The notes beneath the pieces are model-generated. The model did no database searches, had not been told where the DNA came from, and was given only the letters and a program-made list of their open reading frames with translations. The position numbers were made by a program, and so were the translations under genes. A stretch of 64,000 nt of DNA from Candidatus Woesearchaeota archaeon (GTDB lineage: Archaea > Nanobdellota > Nanobdellia > Pacearchaeales > GW2011-AR1): the NCBI GenBank assembly GCA_964639615.1, contig CAZXHH010000002.1, positions 8,290 through 72,289 on the forward strand. Reading direction: 5' to 3'. This document shows, one piece after another, positions 1 to 9,420 of the stretch; the first letter of the stretch is position 1, and every line of letters begins with the position of its first letter.

Positions 1-110
1 ACATTGTTCAACCAATAATTTTAACCGATTAATGAATTTACTGATAGCTATTTTTCTTTAATTGTTCTTTTTTCACTAAGTTTATAAATTCTTTTTACTA
101 ATATAAAAAC

Positions 111-1913
111 ATGGCAAAGGGTGATTATAAAATTGAAAATTTATATCTTGGAGGATATTCTACACTTGACCCAAACAAAGCAGGATATTCAAATTCATTT
201 ACAGGTTATAGAACTTCTGCTGGTTCATTAGGATTAACCACAGATCCAAGAACAGCAAATATGATTAAAGATGCATCTGCAAAATTATCTACAGGTGTAA
301 AACAGATTGAACTTACACTAGTCACTCCAGAATTAATGGATTCAATACCAAAACAACAATTTGGAGAGATGAGAGAACTTGCGCAACTTACAGGTTCAGA
401 AGTTTCAGTCCACGGACCAGTTATTGATACTACTGGTATGACTCAGCAAGGATATAGTGAATTAAACAGAGAATTATCAGAGAGAAAAATAACTCAAACA
501 CTATTAAAAAGCCATGAAATAAATCCAAATGGAAATATTCCTGTAACTTTCCATTCAGCTGAAGGAATCTTAAGTTCAGAATGGAAAACTCTTGGAGATG
601 TAGAAGGTAAGAATCAAAGACAAGCAAGAAGAATTATTGCTGTAGATAAAGAATCGGGGAGAATGATTCCATTAGATCATGAACAAAAATATTATCCTAA
701 GGATAGTTTAATTCCAGGTTCAGAAAATGAAGGCACAAAATATACTCCAGAACAAAATTTGCAAATAGCAAATACAAGTACGTGGGATGAAAAAATTTCT
801 CAATTATTTATAAATAAAGAAAGAGCAGATGAAATTCTTGAACAAAATAGACCTCTTATTCAACCATTATTAGCTGAATTAAATGAAAGACAAAAAAGAG
901 GAGAAGACCTTTACAGTGGTTTAACAGATACTCAAAAGATGGTTCTTAGAAGATATCAAGACGCTGAAAATTATCTTGGAGAGATAACTAAACAAGCAAA
1001 CGGAATCTTCAGTAAAGGATACCAATATGGAACAGAAGAACAAAAACAAGCGTTTAGGCATATTTCAGAGGTGTACAAAAACAGAATTAAGGAAGGAGGT
1101 ACAGACCCATTTCATCAATCAATGGCTGTACAAGAATTACTTAGCAATTTACAAAATCCTGCGCTAGCTCCAGAGATGTTTGTTCCAATTGAAAAATGGG
1201 CTTTAGATAAATCTTCAACAACCTTTAGTAACGCTGCGTTTAATGCATTTAAAACATTCAAAAATGATCCAAATAAAACTCCTATGCTTGTTATAGAAAA
1301 TCCTCCTGCAGGATTTGGATTATCAACGGGTGAAGATTTAAAAAATTTAGTTGTTGAGACAAGAGAAAAATTTGTTAAAAAAGCAGTTGAAAATGGTATT
1401 AGTGAAGGACAAGCACAAGATGCTGCAGAAAAATTAATAGGGGCTACTTGGGATGTCGGACATATTAATATGTTAAGAAGATTTGGATTTGGGGATAAAG
1501 ACATAGTAAAAGAAACTGAAAAAGTAGCACCTTATGTAAAGCATGTCCATCTTTCAGATAATTTTGGTTACGAACACACAGAACTTCCAATGGGAATGGG
1601 AAATGTACCTATGAAAGAAATTATGGCAAAACTTGGTGAAGAAGGATTCGAAGGGAAAAAAGTCATAGAAGCATCAACATGGTGGCAACATTTTCAAACT
1701 GCTCCAGTAAGGGAAACTCTTGAAGGATTGGGCTCTCCAATGTATATGAGTGGGAAGGGTCCGTATTGGAATCAATCTGGAGGTTTTGAACAAGGATATT
1801 TATCTGGATTCGGAATGATGCTTCCACAAAATAGCTATCAAACTTTTGGAGCAGGATTCTCACAACTCCCTGCTGAACTTGGTGGAAATAAACAAAATCA
1901 AAGAATGGAATAA
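111..1913 (+). CDS. TIM-barrel metalloenzyme, sugar-phosphate isomerase/epimerase / AP-endonuclease-2 (EndoIV-like) superfamily, with large helical insertion
   Basis: Ordered metal-ligand motifs SVHGP, TFHSA, IENPP, WDVGH, HVHLSDN..EH, GxGNVP, VIE; TATA-like TTTATAAA at ~81-88. Confidence 0.75.
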   Translation: MAKGDYKIENLYLGGYSTLDPNKAGYSNSFTGYRTSAGSLGLTTDPRTANMIKDASAKLSTGVKQIELTLVTPELMDSIPKQQFGEMRELAQLTGSEVSVHGPVIDTTGMTQQGYSELNRELSERKITQTLLKSHEINPNGNIPVTFHSAEGILSSEWKTLGDVEGKNQRQARRIIAVDKESGRMIPLDHEQKYYPKDSLIPGSENEGTKYTPEQNLQIANTSTWDEKISQLFINKERADEILEQNRPLIQPLLAELNERQKRGEDLYSGLTDTQKMVLRRYQDAENYLGEITKQANGIFSKGYQYGTEEQKQAFRHISEVYKNRIKEGGTDPFHQSMAVQELLSNLQNPALAPEMFVPIEKWALDKSSTTFSNAAFNAFKTFKNDPNKTPMLVIENPPAGFGLSTGEDLKNLVVETREKFVKKAVENGISEGQAQDAAEKLIGATWDVGHINMLRRFGFGDKDIVKETEKVAPYVKHVHLSDNFGYEHTELPMGMGNVPMKEIMAKLGEEGFEGKKVIEASTWWQHFQTAPVRETLEGLGSPMYMSGKGPYWNQSGGFEQGYLSGFGMMLPQNSYQTFGAGFSQLPAELGGNKQNQRME

Positions 1914-1915
1914 AA

Positions 1916-2749
1916 ATGCAACTAAAAAGAGAGAATAATCAAATAAAGAATGCAGTTCTTTCTGGAATTGAAGAAATTGTAAAAGAACATCCACGATTTG
2001 AAAATTTTCAGCCATTTTTAATTAAACACATTGATGAAAAAAAGTTACAGGATAAATATTCTGAACTGATAAGTGAAGCTCATAAAAAAAATATGACTCA
2101 AAAAGAAGGTGACGCGTATATTTCAAAAGGTATATCTGATTATGTTGCAAGTGGCTCAGTACTGGACGAAAAAGGAAAGCAAATTATACTAAAAAATGGC
2201 TTAGAAGAAAAATCAAAAAACATTTTTCAAAAATTATTAAATAAACCAAAATTTAATGGTGAAAAATATCTAGACAATACAATGGGAGCATTTCAGGATT
2301 TATATGCTCTATTTAAATCTGGAGATTATTCTGCAAGAATGCCTGAATTAACAAAATCTGTAACAAAATTATATGATTTAAATTTCCTAGACCCTGCAAT
2401 AGATGTGCTTAAGGCATACGGTTTAATTGATAAAAGAAAACATGAATTTCTTAAAACACAAGTTTACAAAAAAACAGGTGAAGAGTCACAAAAAGTTGTA
2501 GGAGGAATTGAAAAATATATTACAGCTGCTCCAGAAAAAATTGCAGCATCTGTCATAGGATTCTTTGGATTTGCATTAATTGTTTTAAATTTAACAATCA
2601 CAGGGAAAGTTGTTGGAGGAACTCTTTCAAGTCCATCAACAGGAATTATTGGATTAGCTATGCTATTTTTAGCCTTAGGAGTTTTAATTAAAAAGAAAAA
2701 AGAACCTTTAAAAACTAAAAGATATATACATAATAATAAAAGATGGTGA
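1916..2749 (+). CDS. Hypothetical membrane protein, two C-terminal TM helices joined by ITGKVVG
   Basis: 277-aa ORF tightly packed between neighbours; hydrophobic C-terminal segments. Confidence 0.7.
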   Translation: MQLKRENNQIKNAVLSGIEEIVKEHPRFENFQPFLIKHIDEKKLQDKYSELISEAHKKNMTQKEGDAYISKGISDYVASGSVLDEKGKQIILKNGLEEKSKNIFQKLLNKPKFNGEKYLDNTMGAFQDLYALFKSGDYSARMPELTKSVTKLYDLNFLDPAIDVLKAYGLIDKRKHEFLKTQVYKKTGEESQKVVGGIEKYITAAPEKIAASVIGFFGFALIVLNLTITGKVVGGTLSSPSTGIIGLAMLFLALGVLIKKKKEPLKTKRYIHNNKRW

Positions 2750-3594
2750 AGAAAGCTCATAAAAAGAGTGTTGAAAAAAAGCAAGAAGTCTCAAAAGATG
2801 AAAGCAAAATTCCAACCTTAAATATTAAAACTGAAGAAGGAATTGCAATGGACTTTGCGGTTAAGGTTTATAAAAAATTTAACAAAATAGTAAAATCAAT
2901 AATTCTTTTTGGTTCAACAGCAAAGCAAACAGCAGTTTTAGGATCTGATGTAGATATAATGATTTTAATAGATGATGCTTCTATAAAATGGGATCAGGAA
3001 TTAATTGTTTGGTATAGAGAAGAACTTGAAAAAATAGTTGAATCTAGTCCATATAAAAAAGAATTGCATATTAATACAATAAAATTAACAACTTGGTGGG
3101 AAGATTTGATGAGGGGAGACCCTACAATATTAAATATAATAAGATACGGACAGGCTCTTATTGATTATGGTGGATTCTTTAACCCCTTAAAATATCTTTT
3201 AGTAGAAGGGAAGATACATTCTACACCAGAAGCAATTTATGCTTGCCTTCAGAGAGCACCAATGCATCTTGCAAGAAGTAAATCTGCAGAATTGGGGGCA
3301 ATTGAAGGAGTATATTGGACAATGGTAGATTCGGCTCATGCAGCATTAATTGCAGTTAATGCTCCTCCAGCTTCTCCAGAACACATTGCAGGAGAATTAA
3401 AAGTTAATTTTGTAAATTCGGGAAAATTAAAAGTAAAATATGTAGAATGGTTTAGAGAATTAAATTTGCTTCATAAACAAATTAATCACGGGGAAATAAG
3501 TGATTTGAAAGGAATTCAAATTGATGAATGGCAACAAAGAGCAGAAGAATTCTTAGAAACTATGGCTAAACTAGTAAATGACTCAATAAAATAA
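2743..3594 (+). CDS. Pol-beta-type minimal nucleotidyltransferase fused to HEPN-like helical domain
   Basis: FGS..GSDVDIMILIDD catalytic signature; C-terminal YW..VDSAHAAL...KQINHG helical bundle. Confidence 0.75.
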   Translation: MVKKAHKKSVEKKQEVSKDESKIPTLNIKTEEGIAMDFAVKVYKKFNKIVKSIILFGSTAKQTAVLGSDVDIMILIDDASIKWDQELIVWYREELEKIVESSPYKKELHINTIKLTTWWEDLMRGDPTILNIIRYGQALIDYGGFFNPLKYLLVEGKIHSTPEAIYACLQRAPMHLARSKSAELGAIEGVYWTMVDSAHAALIAVNAPPASPEHIAGELKVNFVNSGKLKVKYVEWFRELNLLHKQINHGEISDLKGIQIDEWQQRAEEFLETMAKLVNDSIK

Positions 3595-3831
3595 TTATCT
3601 TAATTTATTAAGGTCCATTGTTCTTTTATAATCTAAAAATCTTTCAGTAAGTCTAAATGCTTTTTCATCAAGTTCTTGAGAATAATCTGCTTTTTCAATA
3701 TCTTTTAAGTCACCAGAATAAACTCTTCTATTTGATTGGATATATGGAGTTATAACTTTTCTAAATGGAATTTCATTTCTTATTGAAATTTCCATAATAC
3801 TTCCTAGATGATTAAATAAATTTTTTCCCAT
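3595..3831 (-). CDS. Small hypothetical protein
   Basis: 78-aa ORF, last of a minus-strand orphan run. Confidence 0.55.
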   Translation of the reverse strand: MGKNLFNHLGSIMEISIRNEIPFRKVITPYIQSNRRVYSGDLKDIEKADYSQELDEKAFRLTERFLDYKRTMDLNKLR

Positions 3832-3852
3832 TTTATTCTTTTTAAAAATTTT

Positions 3853-3875
3853 TTAGTTGCCTTAATTGCAACTAA
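3853..3875. terminator. Perfect 8-bp inverted repeat (terminator-like hairpin or operator)
   Basis: TTAGTTGC-CTTAATT-GCAACTAA between two minus-strand orphans. Confidence 0.35.
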
Positions 3876-3880
3876 TTTAA

Positions 3881-4135
3881 TTAGTTTTTCTGAATATCTT
3901 CTAAACTTATTGTTTTTTTTTCAAGAGCGTATTTAAGCACTTCTAGAGTCCTATCTTCTAATCTTGAATCATAAATCTTAAAGTTGTTATTGTTTTCATA
4001 TTCTAAATCATAAACTGTTTTGTTAACTCTACTATAAGCATCTAACATTGATTGAATAGAAACATTATTTTCTTTAGCAAGTGTTATCAAATCCTTTACA
4101 ATTGCCCCTTGTTTAGTTGAATAGCTTTCTGTCAT
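3881..4135 (-). CDS. Small hypothetical protein (start re-called to MTESYS)
   Basis: Internal ATG at 4135 lies 1 nt after the stop of the upstream ORF (TAA-A-ATG). Confidence 0.6.
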   Translation of the reverse strand: MTESYSTKQGAIVKDLITLAKENNVSIQSMLDAYSRVNKTVYDLEYENNNNFKIYDSRLEDRTLEVLKYALEKKTISLEDIQKN

Positions 4136-4136
4136 T

Positions 4137-4322
4137 TTATTCTTTATCCTCCTTTCCATCAATTCTGCATCCATCATATTCTGGATGTTTTTCCATTTCT
4201 TTGTTAAGATTATCTATTCCTGGAGAAATATATTTTGTATATAACTCTTTAGCAGGATAATACATAAGACTAAGACCTAATGCAATTTTTCCTGTCTCTT
4301 TTAAAATATCAGTTAAACTCAT
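4137..4322 (-). CDS. Small hypothetical protein
   Basis: 61-aa ORF with upstream GAGGT SD-like element. Confidence 0.55.
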   Translation of the reverse strand: MSLTDILKETGKIALGLSLMYYPAKELYTKYISPGIDNLNKEMEKHPEYDGCRIDGKEDKE

Positions 4323-4337
4323 TCTATTTTACCTCTT

Positions 4338-4862
4338 TTACTCCTTTTTCTCCTTTTCAGCTAAAATAGATTCTAATCCTTTAGATATTTCTTTTTGTCT
4401 TAAATCAAGTATTTCCTTAACTACTCCATCTGTCTTCATAGTCATAACTGAGCCAATTATCATTCCAGCTTCTTTTTCATCCAACTGATGTACATACTTA
4501 TCTTTATAGCTTTCTTTAATAGCTCCTTTATATCCGTATTTAGATAAGTCTGAAACTTTAAGGCTTCCAATAGATTCAATTAATATCTTTGCAGAAGTAT
4601 TCTGTATGTAAGGGCTTGTAATTGCACCACTTTCATTTGCAAGTTGCGGATAAAATAATTGTTCGTAAATGCTTTGATCAGGTGTTTTCTTAATTATTTC
4701 ATCATAGAAAGACTGGCTAGCATCAGAAAGTTTACCATATTGTTCAAAAGTGATTAGTTTTGGAGCAGCATATTTCCAGAGAGCACTATCTAAATTCTTC
4801 ATAGCTATATCTCTTGCTTTCTCTTCTTTTGATTTTTCTTTAGGTTGCTCTTTTTCTGCCAT
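4338..4862 (-). CDS. Hypothetical protein (start re-called to MAEKEQ)
   Basis: ATG at 4862 is 1 nt after the upstream stop at 4864. Confidence 0.7.
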   Translation of the reverse strand: MAEKEQPKEKSKEEKARDIAMKNLDSALWKYAAPKLITFEQYGKLSDASQSFYDEIIKKTPDQSIYEQLFYPQLANESGAITSPYIQNTSAKILIESIGSLKVSDLSKYGYKGAIKESYKDKYVHQLDEKEAGMIIGSVMTMKTDGVVKEILDLRQKEISKGLESILAEKEKKE

Positions 4863-4863
4863 T

Positions 4864-5121
4864 TTAATTATGTCCATCATCCATATGTTTAATCATAAAG
4901 TTTTGATAATCTATAAATGTCTTTCCATCAGCAAATCTAAAATAATTCATATCATCAGCATATCTTATAATATCTGCAATTTTATTAAATGTAAGTTCAT
5001 CAATTTTCTGAGCAGTTAAACCTTGCGTTAAATCATGCAAAGTTGCACCTACTTCTTCCTTGCTCATATCTAATTTAACTTTAGTCATTAGATTATGGTT
5101 TATTGATGTCTTGTTTTCCAT
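4864..5121 (-). CDS. Small hypothetical protein, first gene of orphan operon
   Basis: 85-aa ORF directly downstream of a BRE/TATA element. Confidence 0.65.
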   Translation of the reverse strand: MENKTSINHNLMTKVKLDMSKEEVGATLHDLTQGLTAQKIDELTFNKIADIIRYADDMNYFRFADGKTFIDYQNFMIKHMDDGHN

Positions 5122-5139
5122 ATTTTTTAGTATTCTCCA

Positions 5140-5189
5140 AACTTTTTAAATCTTTCTATTTTGTTACCATTTAGGAAAAGTGACAAAAT
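5140..5189 (-). promoter_or_regulatory. Extended BRE/TATA promoter overlapped by an inverted repeat
   Basis: Minus strand TAACAAAATAGAAAGATTTAAAAAGTT (5166-5140), 18 nt before ATG 5121; IR ATTTTGTTAC(5158-5167)/GTGACAAAAT(5180-5189). Confidence 0.6.
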
Positions 5190-5196
5190 GACACAT

Positions 5197-5739
5197 TTAT
5201 TGTGTTGTCATTTCGTATAAAACTCTTGTTGTACAAGGAAGCTTAGCCTTAATTTCCTTGAATGCTCCTCTTGCAACAGCAACTGCTTTAGGGGTAGAAA
5301 CAGCAATGAAAAATATAGGTGCTCCTGCTTTTAATATTGCAGATTTTCCAATACATTTACCAAAAGATAATTGCATTCCTGTCTGCATTCTATCAGCTCC
5401 TGCACCAGTAAGCATTTTGTTTTCTCTTTGAATATGATGTGGGAATGGAACAACTCTAAAAAAGTACTGTCCTGGAAGCGCTTTATCTAGAATTTTGTTA
5501 ATATACTGTCTACAAGCTTCAAGAGAATTATGTCTTATCTGAACATTTTCATTTGTAACTAAAGTCAATTTATGAGGGAATTTTCCTGATTCGTAAGTCT
5601 TTCCTTCACCCATACTAAACTTAACAATTTTCTGAGGAGGAACTACTTTAATATAAGCCCTATTTTTTCTCTTACTTACACGAGTATAAGGAACAACTAT
5701 TCTCTTTGAATATGCATTAGCTTTTCTAAGTGTTGCCAT
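5197..5739 (-). CDS. rpl10e: 50S ribosomal protein L10e (uL16)
   Basis: QIRHNSLEACR, PFPHHIQRENKMLTGAGADRMQTGMQLSFGK, KLP motifs. Confidence 0.97.
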   Translation of the reverse strand: MATLRKANAYSKRIVVPYTRVSKRKNRAYIKVVPPQKIVKFSMGEGKTYESGKFPHKLTLVTNENVQIRHNSLEACRQYINKILDKALPGQYFFRVVPFPHHIQRENKMLTGAGADRMQTGMQLSFGKCIGKSAILKAGAPIFFIAVSTPKAVAVARGAFKEIKAKLPCTTRVLYEMTTQ

Positions 5740-5740
5740 T

Positions 5741-6001
5741 TTACTTTATATCTACCTTTGTTGTTATAGCTTGTCCTGGCAGTCCTCTTTCAAAAATAGC
5801 TCTAACAACTCCTTTATTTCCGTGAGTAGCAGCAATCTTTCCTGCAATTTCTTTTCCAGCAGGAGATTTCCAAATTACATTTTTACCAACAAATTTTTGA
5901 GCATCTTCTTTTTTAGAAACATTTTCAATTTCAATTAAAAAATGTCTTTCACTTATTGTTTTCTTTCCTCTTCTGAATTGTATAACTTTTCCAGCTGTCA
6001 T
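5741..6001 (-). CDS. rpl35ae: 50S ribosomal protein L35Ae (eL33)
   Basis: FRRG, GKI..THGNKGVVRAIFERGLPGQA. Confidence 0.95.
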   Translation of the reverse strand: MTAGKVIQFRRGKKTISERHFLIEIENVSKKEDAQKFVGKNVIWKSPAGKEIAGKIAATHGNKGVVRAIFERGLPGQAITTKVDIK

Positions 6002-6089
6002 GAATATTAATCAAGAAAATTAGTTTAAAAACCTTTACTTAATGTTTTTAGACCGAACGAAGTGATGTCTTTAAAGGTTACTCTTATTA

Positions 6090-7175
6090 TTATTTCATCA
6101 AAACAACAATTTCTCTTCCTACAATTTGATCCTCTCTATATTCTTGTATTGGAAATCCATCTTCAACCTTTAGTCCTGTTTTGTCACAGATTTTCATCAA
6201 ATCTGCTGATACTCTTCCATTTCCTGTAGCTATTGAAGGTAAAGTAAGTACAATCTTTCCAGAAATGTTTCCTTTAAGATTTTTTAAACTATCAATCATA
6301 AGATTTTCAAAATTCTTTATCATTTTTTCAGCTTCTTTTCTATCTGGAAATTTTCTTAATGTGCTGCCAAAGTCTGGTTCACTAACCATAACATTAACTG
6401 GACTTATTTTTAATTTAGTTGAGTCTCCTATAATAAGCTTATAATTTTCACGAGCAAATTTAAACCATTCTAAATTCCTTCTTGCACCTTCCCAAGCTTC
6501 AGAATCTTTATCAATTCCTGTTGCTTTTATATCCATATTTAGTGCTTCAATCATAATTACTCCGATTCCACAAAAAGCATCAAGTAAAACTTCTCCCTCT
6601 TTAACTTCTGAAAGATTAATCATTATTTTAGCAAGTCTTGGAGAAATGCTTAAATCTTCTCTTCTTACAGGTTTCTCCATATCTCTCATTTCAAGAGCTT
6701 TATAATTGCATTTTTGAACTATTCTTCCAAATAGATTATTGAATACAAAAAACTCTTCATGAATTAAACCTGATGAAGGACCAACAACTGTTCCCCCAGA
6801 CTGAGTTTTAATCTGACTATCAAACTTTTTTTCAACTGCTCTTAGTCTTTCAGAGTGAAATCTTCTTCTAAGATAATCTGAAACCTTCTGTGTAGCAGGT
6901 GAAAAATCCCAAAGCAGATAATTAAAACTATTCTGAGTACCATAGTATAATGTCTTTTTATCAATATCTTTTACAGGTGAAATAACAATTCCTATGCCGA
7001 TTGTTCCTCCAAGCAAATCAATTGCTCCAGCATCTAAGGGATTTTCAAGTTCAAGCATTAATCCATTATTTACTCTCTCTTCATCCAGAATAACATTATC
7101 TGTCCTCTTTAGATAACTTCTTATCTCCATTCTTGACAAGTCAGGATTTCTCCCCAAAATAAATAAGTATTTCAT
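6090..7175 (-). CDS. SAM-dependent RNA methyltransferase, Trm11/TrmG10 (tRNA m2G10)-like
   Basis: ISPRLAKIMINLS, LLDAFCGIG motif I, SEPDFG motif IV variant; start re-called to MKYLFILG. Confidence 0.7.
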   Translation of the reverse strand: MKYLFILGRNPDLSRMEIRSYLKRTDNVILDEERVNNGLMLELENPLDAGAIDLLGGTIGIGIVISPVKDIDKKTLYYGTQNSFNYLLWDFSPATQKVSDYLRRRFHSERLRAVEKKFDSQIKTQSGGTVVGPSSGLIHEEFFVFNNLFGRIVQKCNYKALEMRDMEKPVRREDLSISPRLAKIMINLSEVKEGEVLLDAFCGIGVIMIEALNMDIKATGIDKDSEAWEGARRNLEWFKFARENYKLIIGDSTKLKISPVNVMVSEPDFGSTLRKFPDRKEAEKMIKNFENLMIDSLKNLKGNISGKIVLTLPSIATGNGRVSADLMKICDKTGLKVEDGFPIQEYREDQIVGREIVVLMK

Positions 7176-7243
7176 GCAAAAAATCATGAACTCCAGTAAA
7201 TAAATCTTTTGTGATATAAATACAGTGAAAACTTTTGGTTATA

Positions 7244-9034
7244 TTACATCAAAACTTCAAACTCACCAAATTCTTTTTTAATAACCTCAAATACTTTTGA
7301 ATCAAATCTAACATCTTTTTTGTCCTTTTGGGCTTCAACTGCTTCAGAAACTTCATTCATATTTGATTCTTCAATCTTATTTGCAACCTTATAGACCTTA
7401 TTTTCTTTAAATAAAAACGATTTATCTGCTGAAATAAGCAACTCTCCTGAACTATCTTTAAATTTAAGGTTCATCTTTCCTTTTTCAAGAGAAACTAAAT
7501 CACATCTCTGTGAAAATTCTATAAGCTCGTTGATTAGCATACCCGCTTCTTTTCTTACATCATCAACTTTATGAGCAGTTAATTTCTTTTTCTTAAAATC
7601 AGCTTTTGCAGTAATCACATTTTTTAAGATTCTCAAATGCTGTTGTGTCATCTTTCCTTTTTTAACAAGTTCTTTCTCAAAATCTGCAACTAATTGTTCT
7701 ACTGATTTCTTCCCAAATATAGCATGAAGCAAATTTAACACATCAGAATAAATTTTTTCAATTGTGTTTCCTTGGGCTTTTTTATCAATTTGTATTCTAA
7801 GTTCTTTCAATCTCTTAAGATAATCTTCAGTTTCCTTAAGCAAAGTGTCAATTTCTGCACCAGAGATTTCTTTTATTTTCTCGTGTTCATAATCTCTCCA
7901 AGTATTAATCACTTTTTCCATAAAGTCAACGTATTTCTTTTCAATCATCTTTGTATCTAAAAATTCTTTTTTGAAATCTCTAACTAATTCTTTTTTAGCA
8001 TTTGGAGGAGGACATCCATTAAGCATCAACAAAGCTTGTGCAGGAGTTGTAACTCCCCAAAATATATTTACAAAAATTTCAGATAATAGTGTTCTCTTGC
8101 TTCTTGGAATTATACCATCTCCCATACTCATAAACATATCAATTGCTTCAGGTGAAGGCTTAAGCTTACCCATTTTAAGAAGAGCTTTCCAAGGCATGAA
8201 TGTTCCTCTATCATAAATTGGAACTCCATCTCTGATAAAAGTAAACATAACAGGATGAGCATCTTTAACTGCTTCCCAGAAATCTGTTAAAAGATAAATT
8301 TGAGGTTCAAGTTTATTATGAACTCCTGCAAGGGCAGATGCTTCACCAACATACTGATAAATAATACTTCTAAGTCTTTCTTTCAATTCAAGTCTTGGCA
8401 TTCTTTTAACATCAGTATCATTAATTATTACAAAAACATCAACATCAGAATCTTTAGTAGCTTCTCCTCTAATTAAACTTCCACCTAAAACATATGAAAC
8501 AACATATTTTTCAAATTTCTGCAACACAAGAGATTTATGAATTTCTGCAACTCTCATAGCACCTAAAATTCCCTTATCATGCAATGGATAAGACATTGCC
8601 ATTGCACTATACAATTCAAATTTCTGATCCATGCAGATTTCCCAAACTTCAGAAGGTGTTTTCAAATGTATCCAGATATCTTCTTTTGATTTTTCAATCT
8701 GTGCAACAATTTCTTTTTTAATTTCAGGAATCTTCTTGTCTTTTTCATCAGGAACTATAATATTAAGATGAACCTTTTTCAAGAGTTTATCAGTCTGTTC
8801 TTTTGTAAGATTGTCTGTCTCTTCCTCAATAAATTCTTTAATTGATTGCGGAGGAAGTATACTTATTGCTTCAATGAACGGATACTTCTTTACAACAAAA
8901 GTTTTAAGTTTTTCAAGCTCTTTTTTTATTTTGTCTCCTTTTTCTTTTTCAGGAGGAGCTTCTGGCATAGGTATTTTTTTAGAAGTATAATTTTTTTCTA
9001 AATTCATTTCAGGAATATTTGTGTCTTCAGCCAT
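7244..9034 (-). CDS. Large nucleotidyltransferase-HEPN protein (degenerate NTase-like N-domain, active NTase, HEPN-like bundle(s))
   Basis: GGSLIRG..DSDVDVFVIINDTD; FW..TTPAQALL..G.PPP...RDYEH; paralogous to 2743..3594; start re-called to MAEDTN (TATA at ~9057-9063). Confidence 0.75.
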   Translation of the reverse strand: MAEDTNIPEMNLEKNYTSKKIPMPEAPPEKEKGDKIKKELEKLKTFVVKKYPFIEAISILPPQSIKEFIEEETDNLTKEQTDKLLKKVHLNIIVPDEKDKKIPEIKKEIVAQIEKSKEDIWIHLKTPSEVWEICMDQKFELYSAMAMSYPLHDKGILGAMRVAEIHKSLVLQKFEKYVVSYVLGGSLIRGEATKDSDVDVFVIINDTDVKRMPRLELKERLRSIIYQYVGEASALAGVHNKLEPQIYLLTDFWEAVKDAHPVMFTFIRDGVPIYDRGTFMPWKALLKMGKLKPSPEAIDMFMSMGDGIIPRSKRTLLSEIFVNIFWGVTTPAQALLMLNGCPPPNAKKELVRDFKKEFLDTKMIEKKYVDFMEKVINTWRDYEHEKIKEISGAEIDTLLKETEDYLKRLKELRIQIDKKAQGNTIEKIYSDVLNLLHAIFGKKSVEQLVADFEKELVKKGKMTQQHLRILKNVITAKADFKKKKLTAHKVDDVRKEAGMLINELIEFSQRCDLVSLEKGKMNLKFKDSSGELLISADKSFLFKENKVYKVANKIEESNMNEVSEAVEAQKDKKDVRFDSKVFEVIKKEFGEFEVLM

Positions 9035-9156
9035 AGTAACAAAAATACCCAATCACTTTTAAATGTTTGGTAATAATCTAAGTAAAATGCTTCATAATTT
9101 AAGAACAAAAAATATTAAACAAAATCTTTAAAAATCATCTTTCTTTATTTTATATT

Positions 9157-9402
9157 ATGGGGTTCAAAAAAGAGTTTAATTTTCTTATTCTCATTTTGGT
9201 TGCATTAGTTGCAATTGTTGCAATTGTATCTATAGTAATTTTAGTTTTAAATTCACAAGAGTATTCCCAACGTTCTGTTATCTCTGGTAATGCTTCTATA
9301 ATTGATAATTGCGTGATTGAAACAGATTCTTCTATTACTGGACAAAGCGTAGTTTCTTGCCCTAATTTTGAAGTTATAGGCGGTACGGTTGTGAGGAGAT
9401 AA
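9157..9402 (+). CDS. Small membrane-anchored hypothetical protein
   Basis: N-terminal TM helix, two Cys, SG/TG motifs; TATA at ~9127. Confidence 0.6.
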   Translation: MGFKKEFNFLILILVALVAIVAIVSIVILVLNSQEYSQRSVISGNASIIDNCVIETDSSITGQSVVSCPNFEVIGGTVVRR

Positions 9403-9420
9403 TCTTTTTGAAGTTTTAAA

